Of a stretch of DNA of 64,000 nt, positions 54,440-64,000 are shown piece after piece. Within the stretch, counting starts at the first letter, position 1. Every line of letters starts with the position of its first letter. Where the stretch lies: NCBI GenBank assembly GCA_030390025.1, contig JASTWF010000034.1:4092001-4156000 (forward strand). Reading direction: 5' to 3'. Source of the stretch: Squalus acanthias. Lineage: Eukaryota. The notes beneath the pieces are model-generated. The model made no database searches. It saw only the letters and a list, made by a program, of their open reading frames with translations, and had not been told where the DNA came from. A program made the translations under genes and the position numbers.

Positions 54440-57400
54440 ATTGTAAATTAAGAAAAGTTTCCCACCACACCAGGGAATAAAGTTACTGTCAATTGGTAAT
54501 TTGACATGATACCCTCCACACCAGGGTATAAAGTTACATTTAATTGTTAAATAAGACATCATACCCTCTACACTCAGGATATAAGGTTACAGGTAATTGC
54601 TAATTTGACATGATAACCTGTACACCGGGGAATAAAGTTACAGTTAATTGTTAATTTGATATGATACCCTCTACACTGGGGAATAAAGTTACAGTTAATT
54701 GTTAATTTACATGATATCCTCCACACTGTGGAATAAAGTTGCAGTCATTTTTTTTAACATGATAATTTCTACACTGGGGAATAAAGATACAGTTAATTTG
54801 AAATGGTGCCCTCTACACCGGGGAATAAAGTTACAGTTAATTGTTAATTTCGACATGATGCACTCTACACCGGGGAATAAAGTTACAGTCAATTGTTAAT
54901 TTCGACATGATACACTCTACACCGGGGAATAAAGTTACAGTTAATGGTTAATTTTGACATGATACACTATACACCGGGGAATAAAGTTACGCTCAATTGT
55001 TAAATTGACATGATAGCCTATGCACCGGGGAATAAAGTTACAGATAATTGTTAATTTCGACATGATATCCTCTACAACGGGGAATAACGTAAATATCAAT
55101 TGTTAATTTAGGCATGAAACACTCTACAACAGGGAGTAAATTTAAAGTTAATTGTTAATTTGACATGATATCCTCTACACTGGGGAATAAAGTTAAAGTC
55201 AATTGTTAATTCTGACATGATACCCTCGGCACCGGGGAATAAACTAATTGTCAATTGTTAATTTAAGCATGAAACCCTCTACAGCAGGGAGTAAATTTAC
55301 AGTTAATTGGTAATTTTACATGATATCCTCTTCACCGTGGAATAAAGTTACATTTAATTGTTAATTTGACATGATATCCTCTACACTGGGGAATAAAGTT
55401 AAAGTGAATTTTTAATTTGTCATGATATCCTTTTCACTGGGGAATACTGTACCAGTCAATTGCTAATTTAGACAGGATTCCCTCAACACCGGGGGATATA
55501 GTTACAGTTGATTGTTAATTTAGACATGATACCCTCTACACCGGGGAATAAATTTACAATTAATTGTTAATTTTGACATGAAGCCCTCTACACCGGGGAC
55601 TAAAGTTACAGATAATTGTTAATTTGACATGATAACCTCTACACTGGGGAATAAATTTAAAGTAAATTTTTAACTTGTCATGATATCCTTTACGCTGAGA
55701 ATATAAAGTTACAGTTAATTGTTAATTTGACATGATGCCCTCTACACCAGTAAAAATAGTTACAATTAATATTTAATTTGAAATGATGCCCTCTACAACA
55801 GTGAATAAAGTTACAGTTAATTGTTAATTTAGATATGTTTCCCTCCACACTGTGGAATAAAGTTACATTTTATTGTAAATTAAGAAAAGTTTCCCACCAC
55901 ACCAGGGAATAATGTTACTGTCAATTGGTAATTTGACATGATACCCTCGACACCAGGGTATAAAGTTACATTTAATTGTTAAGTAAGACATCAGACCCTC
56001 TACACTCAGGATATAAGGTTACAGGTAATTGTTAATTTGACATGATAACCTCTACACCGTGGAATCAAGTTCCAGTTAATGGTTAATTTGATATGATACC
56101 CTCCACACTGGGGAATAAAGTTACAGTTAATTGTTAATTTTACATTCTGCCCTCAACACCGGGGAATAAAGTTGAAGTTAATTGTTAATCTGTCATGATA
56201 CCCTCTACACTGGGGAATCAAGTTACTGTAAATTGTTGAATTTACATGATACCCTCCACACTGTGGAATAAAGTTGCAGTCATTTTTTTAACATGATAAT
56301 TTCTACACTGGGGAATAAAGATACAGTTAATTTGAAATGGTGCCCTCTACACCGGTGAATAAAGTTACAGTTAATTGTTAATTTCGACATGATGCACTCT
56401 ACACCGGGGAATAAATTTACAGTCAATTGTTAATTAAGACCTGATACACTCTACACCGGGGAATAAAGTTACAGTTAATGGTTAATTTTGACATGATACA
56501 CTATACACCGGGGAATAAAGTTACACTCAATTGTTAAATTGACATGATACGCTATGCACCGGGGAATAAAGTTACAGTCAATTGTTAATTTCGACATGAT
56601 ATCCTCTACAACGGGGAATAACGTAAATATCAATTGTTAATTTAGGCATGAAACACTCTACACCGGGGAAAAACGTTACAGTTAATGGTTAATTTTGACC
56701 TGATACGCTATACAACGGGGAATAAAGTTACACTCAATTGTTAATTTCGACATGATACACTCGATACCGGGGAATAAAGTTACAGTTAAAGGTTAATTTT
56801 GACCTGATACACTATGCACCGGGGAATAAAGTTACAGATAATTGTTAATTTCGACATGATATCCTCTACAACGGGGATTACGTAAATATCAATTGTTAAT
56901 TTAGGCAGAAACACTCTACAACAGGGAGTAAATTTACAGTTAATTGTTAATTTGACATGATATCCTCTACACTGTGGAATAAAGTTAAAGTAAATTGTTA
57001 ATTCTGACATGATACCCTCGGCACCGAGGAATAAAGTAATTGTCAATTGTTAATTTAAGCATGAAACCCTCTACAGTAGGGAGTAAATTTACAGTTAATT
57101 GTTAATTTGACATGATATCCTCTTCACCGTGGAATAAAGTTACATTTAATTGTTAATTTGACGTGATATCCTCTACACTGGGGAATAATGTTAAAGTGAA
57201 TTTTTTATTTGTCATGATACCCTTTTCACTGGGGAATACTGTACCAGTCAATTGTTAATTGTTAATTTAGACAGATTCCCTCAACACCGGGGGATATAGT
57301 TACAGTTAATTGTTAATTTAGACATGATACCCTCTACACCGGGGAATAAATTTACAATTAATTGTTAATTTTGACATGAAGCCCTCTACACCGGGGACTA

Positions 57401-60400
57401 AATTTGCAGATAATTGTTAATTTGACATGATAACCTCTACACTGGGGAATAAATTTAAAGTTAATTTTTAACTTGTCATGATATCCTCTACGCTGAGAAT
57501 ATAAAGTAACAGTTAATTGTTAATTTGACATGATGCCCTATACACCAGCAAAAATAGTTACACTTCATATTTAATTTGAAATGATGCCCTCTACAACGGT
57601 GAATAAAGTTACAGTTAATTGTTAATTTAGACATGTTACCTTGTACACAGGGGAATACATTTACAGTTATTTGTTAATTAAGAAAAGTTTCCCACCACAC
57701 CAGGGAATAAAGTTACTGTCAATTGGTAATTTGACATGATACCCTCCACACCAGGGTATAACGTTACATTTAATTGTTAAATAAGACATCATACCCTCTG
57801 CACTCAAGATATAAGGTTACAGGTAATTGTTAATTTGACATGATAACCTCTACACCGGGGAATAAAGTTCCAGTTAATGCTTAATTTGATATGATACCCT
57901 CTACACTGGGGAATAAAGTTACAGTAAATTGTTGAATTGACATGATACCCTCCACACTGTGGAATAAAGTTGCAGTCATTTTTTTTTAACATGATAATTT
58001 CTACACTGGGGAATAAAGATACAGTTAATTTGAAATGGTGCCCTCTACACCGGGGAATAACGTTACAGTTAATTGTTAATTTCGACATGATGCCCTCTAC
58101 ACCGGGGAATAACGTTACAGTTAATTGTTAATTTCGACATGATGCACTCTACACCGGGGAATAAATTACAGTCAATTGTTAATTTCGTCATGATACACTC
58201 TACACCGGGGAATAAAGTTACAGTTAATGGTTAATTTTGACATGATACACTATACACAGGAGAATAAAGTTACACTCAATTGTTAAATTGACATGATACC
58301 CTATGCACCGGGGAATAAAGTTACAGTTAATTGTTAACTTCGACATGATATCCTCTACACCGGGGAATAACGTAAATATCAATTGTTAATTTAGGCATGA
58401 AACACTCAACACCAAGGAGCAAATTTACAGTTAATTGTTAATTTGACATGATATCCTCTACACTGGGGAATAATGTTAAAGTTAATTGTTAATTTGTCAT
58501 GATGCCCTATACACGGGGAATAAAGTTACAATTAATTGTTAATTTCGACATGATGCCCTCTGCACTGGGGAATAAAGTTACAGTTAATTGTTAATTTAGA
58601 CATGATACCTTCTCAACAGGTGTATAAAGTTACACTTAATTGTTAATTTAGACATGATACCTTCTCAACAGGGGAATAAAGTTACACTTAATTGTTAATT
58701 TAGTCATGATACCTTCTACACTGGGGAACAACCTTACAGTTAATTGCTAAATTAGACAGGATACCCTCTACATCGGGGAATAAAGTTGCTGTTAATTGTT
58801 AATTTGACATGATAACCTCTACACCGGAGAATAATTATACAGTTAATTGTTAATTTAGACATGATATCCTCTGCAGCACAGAATAAAGTCAAAGTTAATG
58901 TTGAATTTGGCATGATATCCTATACACAAGAGAACAATTTTACAGTTAATTTTTAATTGACATAATATCCACTACACCGGGGAAGAAAGTTACTGTTAAT
59001 TGTTAATTTTGACAAGATACCCACTACAATGCGGAATAAAGTTACAGTTAATTGTTAACTTTTACATGATGCCCTCTACACCGGGGAATAAAGTTACAGT
59101 AAATTGTTAATTTGATATGATACCCTCTACACCGGGAAATAAAGTTACAGTTAATTGTTAATTTAGACATGATGCCCTGTACATCAGAGAATAAACTTAC
59201 TGTTAATTGTTGGATTTACATCATACCCTCTACATTGTGGAATAAAATTACAGTCAGTAATCTCTACACTGGGGATCAATGATACATTTAATTTGAAATG
59301 GATCCCTCTACACTGGGAAATAAAGTTACAGTTAATTGTTAATTTGATATGATATCCTCTGCACCGGGGAATATAGTTACAGATAATTGCTGATTTAGAC
59401 ATAATACCCTTTACACCGAGGAATAAAGTTACAGTGAATTGTTAATTTTTACATAATGCCCTCTACACCGGGGAATAAATTTACAGTTAATTGTTAATTT
59501 GACATGATATCCTCTAAACCGGGGAATAAGGTTACAGGTAATTGTTAACTTAAACATCTTACACTTCACACCGGGGAATATAGTTACAGTTAATTGCAAA
59601 TTTTGAAATGAGGCCCTCTACACCGGGGGAAAAAGTTACAGTTAAATCTTAATTTTGACATGATGCCCTCTACACCGGGGAGTAAAGTTACAGTTAATTG
59701 TTCATTTGATATGATACCGTCTACACCGGGAAATAAAGTTACAGTTAATTGTTAATTTTATATGATACCCTCAACACCGGGGAATAAAGTTGAAGTTAAT
59801 TGTTAATCTGTCATGATACCCTCTACACTCGGGAATAAAGTTACATGTAATTGTTAATTTGACATGATACCCTCTGCACCAGAGAATAAAGTTACAGGTA
59901 ATTGTTGAATTTACATGATACCCTCTACACCGGGGAATAAAGTAAAAGTCAATTTTTTTAACATGATAATCTCTACACCGAGGAATAAAGATACAGTTAA
60001 TTTGAAATGATACCCTCTACACCGGGGAATAAAGTTACAGTTAATTGTTAAATTAATATGATGCCCTCGACAAAGGGGAATAAAGATACAGTTAAATGTA
60101 AATTTGGACATGATAACCTCTACACCGGGAAATAAAGTAACAGTTAATTGTTAATTTCGACATGATGTCCTCTACACTGGGGAATAAAATTACAGTTAAT
60201 CGTTAATTAAGACACGATTCCCGGTATCCAGGGAATGAAGTTACAGTTAATTGTTAATTTACACATGATACCTTCTACACTGGGGAATAAAGTTACAGGT
60301 AATTGTTAATTTAGACCGGATTCCCTCAACACCAGGGAATAAAGTTACAGGTAATTGTTAATTTAGACATGATTGCTTCTACATCGAGGACTAAAGTTAC

Positions 60401-61050
60401 TGTTATATGTTGATTTGACACGATACCCTCTACATCAGTGAATATAGTTACCCTTAATATTTATTTTGACATGAAACCCTCTACAACTGTGAATAAAGTT
60501 ACAATTAATTATTAATTTCGATATGATGCCCTCTACACTGGGGAATATAGTTGCGGTTAATTGCTAATTTTGACATGATACCGTGTATACCGGGGAATAA
60601 AGTTATAGTTAATTGTTAATTTAGACATGATTCCCTGCACAACATAGAATAAAGTTACAGTCAATTGCTAATTTTGACATGATATCCTCTACACTTTGGA
60701 ATAATGTTACAGTTAATTGTTAATATTGAAATGAAGCCCTCTACACCGGGGACTAAAGTTACAGTTACTTGTTAATTTGACATGATACACTCTACACCGG
60801 GAAATAAAGTTAGATTTATTTGTTAATTTGACATGATGCCCACTAAACTGGAGAATATATTTAAAGTTATTTGTTAATTTTACATGATAACCTCTTCACT
60901 GGGTAACAAAGTTACAGATGATTGTTATTTTTACACGATAACCTCTACACTGGGGAATAAAGTTACATTAAATTGTAAAATTAGATATGATACCCTCTAC
61001 ACCGAGGAATAAGATTACATTTAAATGTTAATTTGACATGATACCCTCTA
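54440..61050 (+). repeat. Long-range paralog of the satellite block at ~17.2-25.9 kb
   Basis: ORF 17753..17938 has the same translation as 54707..54892, and 23696..23896 closely matches 59911..60111. Rare monomers such as taaagttagatttatttgttaatttgacatgatgcccactaaac occur at both ~25640 and ~60805. Confidence 0.85.
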
Positions 61051-64000
61051 CACCGGGGAATAAAGTTACAGTTAATTGTTAATCTGTCGTGATACCCTCT
61101 ACACTGGGGAATAAAGTTACAGTAAATTGTTGAATTTTCATGATACCCTCCACACTGTGGAATAAAGTTGCAATCATTTTTTTTAAATGATAATTTCTAC
61201 ACCGGGGAATAAAGTTACAGTCAATTGTTAATTTCGACATGATACACTCTACACTGGGGAATAAAGTTACAGTTAATGGTTAATTTTGACATGATACACT
61301 ATACACCGGGGAATAAAGTTACACTCAATTGTTAAATTGACATGATACCCTATGCACCAGGGAATAAAGTTACAGTTAATTGTTAATTTCGACATGATAT
61401 CCTCTAAAGCGGGGAGTATTGTAAATATCAATTGTTAATTTAGGCATGAAACACTCTACACCAGGGAGTAAATTTGCAGTTAATTGTTAATTTGACATGA
61501 TATCCTCTACACTGGGGAATAATGTTAAAGTTAATTGTTAATTTGACATGATGCCCTATACACCGGGGAATAAAGTTACAATTAATTGTTAATTTCGACA
61601 TGATGCCCTCTACACTGGAGAATAAAGTTACAGTTAATTGTTAATTTAGAAATGATACCTTCTCAACAGGGGAATAAAGTTACACTTAATTGTTAATTTA
61701 GACATGATAACCACTACAATGCGGAATAAAGTTACAGTTTATTATTAATTTTTACATGATGCCCTCTACACCGGGGGATAAAGTTACAGTAAATTGTTAA
61801 TTTGATATGATACCCTCTGCACCGGGAAATAAAGTTGCAGTTAATTGTTAATTTAGACATGATACCCTGTACACCAGCGAATAAACTTACTGTTAATTGT
61901 TGAATTTACATGATACCCTCTACACTGTGGAATAAAATTACAGTCAATAATCTCTACACTGGGGAATAATGATACATTTAATTTGAAATGGAACCCTCTA
62001 CACTGAGAAATAAAGTTACAGTAAATTGTTAATTTGACATCATAACCTCTACACCGGAGAATAATTTTACAGTTAATTGTTAATTTAGACATGATATCCT
62101 CTACAGCACAGAATAAAGTCACAGTTATTTTTTTATTTGGCATGATATCCTGTACAAAAGAGAACAATTTTACAGTTAATTTTTAATTGACATAATATCC
62201 TCTACACCGGGGAATAAAGTTAATTTAATTGTTAATTTGACATGATATACTCTACACTGGTTAAAAGAATTACGGTTAATTGTTAATTTAGACATGATAC
62301 CCACTACAATGCGGGATAATGATGCAACTAATTGTTAATTTTTACATGATGCTCTCTACACCGGGGGATAAAGTTACAGTAAATTGTTAATTTGATATGA
62401 TACCCTCTACACCGGGAAATAAAGTTACAGTTAATTGTTAATTTAGACATGATACCCTGTACACCAAAGAATAAACTTACTGTTAATTCTTGAATTTACA
62501 TGATACCCTCTACACTGTGGAATAACATTACAGTCAATAATCTCTACACTGGGGAATAATGATACATTTAATTTGAAATGCAACCCTCTACACTGAGAAA
62601 TAAAGTTACAGTTAATTGTTAATTTGATATGATACACTCTGCACCGTGGAAAATAGTTTCAGTTAATTGTTAATTTTGACATAATGCCCTCTACACCGGG
62701 GATTAAAGTTACAGTTACTTGTTAATTTTGACATGATTCCTGCTACATCGAGGAATAAAGTTACTGTTATATGTTGATTTGACACGATACCCTCTACATC
62801 AGTGAATATAGTTACCCTTAATATTTATTTTGACATGAAGCCCTCTACAACGGTGAATAAAGTTACAGATAATTGTTAATTTCGATATGATGCCCTATGC
62901 ACCGGGGAATATAGTTACGTTTAATTGCTAATTTTGACATGATACCCTGTATACCGGGGAATAAAGTTACAGTTAATTGTTAATTTAGACATGATTCCCT
63001 GCACACCATAGAATAAATTTACAGTCAATTGCTAATTTTCACATGATATCCTCTACACTTTGGAATAATGTTACAGTTAATTGTTAATTATGCCATGATG
63101 CCCGCTACACTGGGGAATAAAAATATTTAATCTTTAATTTGACATGAAAACCTCTACACTGGGAATTAAGTTAAAGTTGATTGTTAATTTTACATGATAC
63201 CTTCTGCACAGGGGAATAAAGTTACAGTTAGTTGTTAATGTAGACATGATTCCCTCCACACCGGGGAATAAAGTTACAGTTAATTGTTAATTTTATATGA
63301 TGCTCTCAACACCGGAGAATAAAGTTGAAGTTAATTGTTAATCTGTCATGATACCCTATACACTGGGGAATAAAGTTACATGTAATTGTTAATTTGACAT
63401 GATATCCTCTACACCGGGGAATAAAGTTACATTTAATTGTTAATTTATACATGCCACCCTCTGCACCAGAGAATAAAGTTACAGGTAATTGTTGAATTTA
63501 CATGATACCCTCTACACCGGGGAATAAAGTAAAAGTGAATTTTTTTATCATGATAATCTCTACACAGAGGAATAAAGATACAGTTAATTTGAAATGATAC
63601 CGTCTACACCGGGGAATAAAGTTACAGTTAATTGTTAATTTCGACATGATGCCCTCTACCCTGGGGAATAAAATTACAGTTAATCGTTAATTAAGACATG
63701 ATTCCCGGTATTCCAAGGAATGAAGTTACAGTTAATTGTTAATTTACACAAGATACCTTCGACACCGTGGATTAAAGTTACAGTTAATTGTTAATTATGC
63801 CATGATGCCCGCTACACTGGGGAATAAATATATTTAATCTTTAATTTGTCATGAAAACCTCTAAACTGGGAATTAAGTTAAAGTTGATTGTTAATTTTAC
63901 ATGATACCTTCTGCACAGGGGAATAAAGTTACAGTTAATTGTTAATGTAGACATGATTCCCTGCACACCGGGGAATAAAGTTGCAGTTAATTATTAATTT

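Larger units (their letters stand above)
1..64000 (+). repeat. Tandem satellite array, 51-52 bp monomer, interrupted by retroelements. Satellite segments are approximately 1-528, 981-15486, 16753-26459, 27241-29926, 30708-37046 and 40775-64000.
   Basis: The unit GTTACAGTTAATTGTTAATTT(A)GACATGATACCCTCTACACCGGGGAATAAA recurs continuously with substitutions. The 51-bp form explains the 17-aa periodicity (CNFIPRCRGYHVKLTIN) in the minus-strand ORF track. The array runs off both window edges. Confidence 0.99.

Noticed and set aside
967..62637. Dozens of 60-117 aa Cys/His-rich ORFs (KLTINCNFIPRCRGYHV) that superficially resemble zinc fingers
   Set aside because: They are translations of the 51-bp monomer, broken constantly by 52-bp monomers. 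They lack C2H2 spacing and TGEKP linkers, and show no sign of frame preservation.
1..64000. CRISPR-like appearance (conserved AT-rich part alternating with a more variable part)
   Set aside because: The variable parts are only ~15-20 bp and are all homologous to each other, not unique spacers. There are no cas genes and the context is vertebrate retroelements.

Overview
Eukaryotic satellite DNA, not a gene region. About 57 kb of the 64 kb is one head-to-tail array of a 51-52 bp monomer (consensus GTTACAGTTAATTGTTAATTT(A)GACATGATACCCTCTACACCGGGGAATAAA, roughly 1,100 copies, all apparently in one orientation). The array is organised into nested higher-order duplications, from about 0.2 kb to about 37 kb apart. 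Five retroelement segments interrupt it. (1) A minus-strand tRNA-derived V-SINE (HE1-like) with two different LINE-type 3' tails in tandem. (2) A complete 1.27 kb solo LTR (TGTAG...CTACA, ATAA target-site duplication). (3, 4) Two 3'-truncated copies of that LTR carried along by array duplication. (5) A 5'-truncated CR1 LINE with an esterase-type ORF1 remnant and an uninterrupted 978-aa endonuclease/reverse transcriptase ORF2. The SINE and CR1 types suggest a cartilaginous fish (inference). I see no host genes and no CRISPR array, and the many short Cys/His-rich ORFs are translations of the satellite. I found no demonstrably new system. The best leads are the double-tailed SINE, the SINE and LINE inserting at nearly the same spot in the same minority monomer type, and the LTR acting as a time marker of satellite turnover. 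All alignments and identity figures were done by eye.
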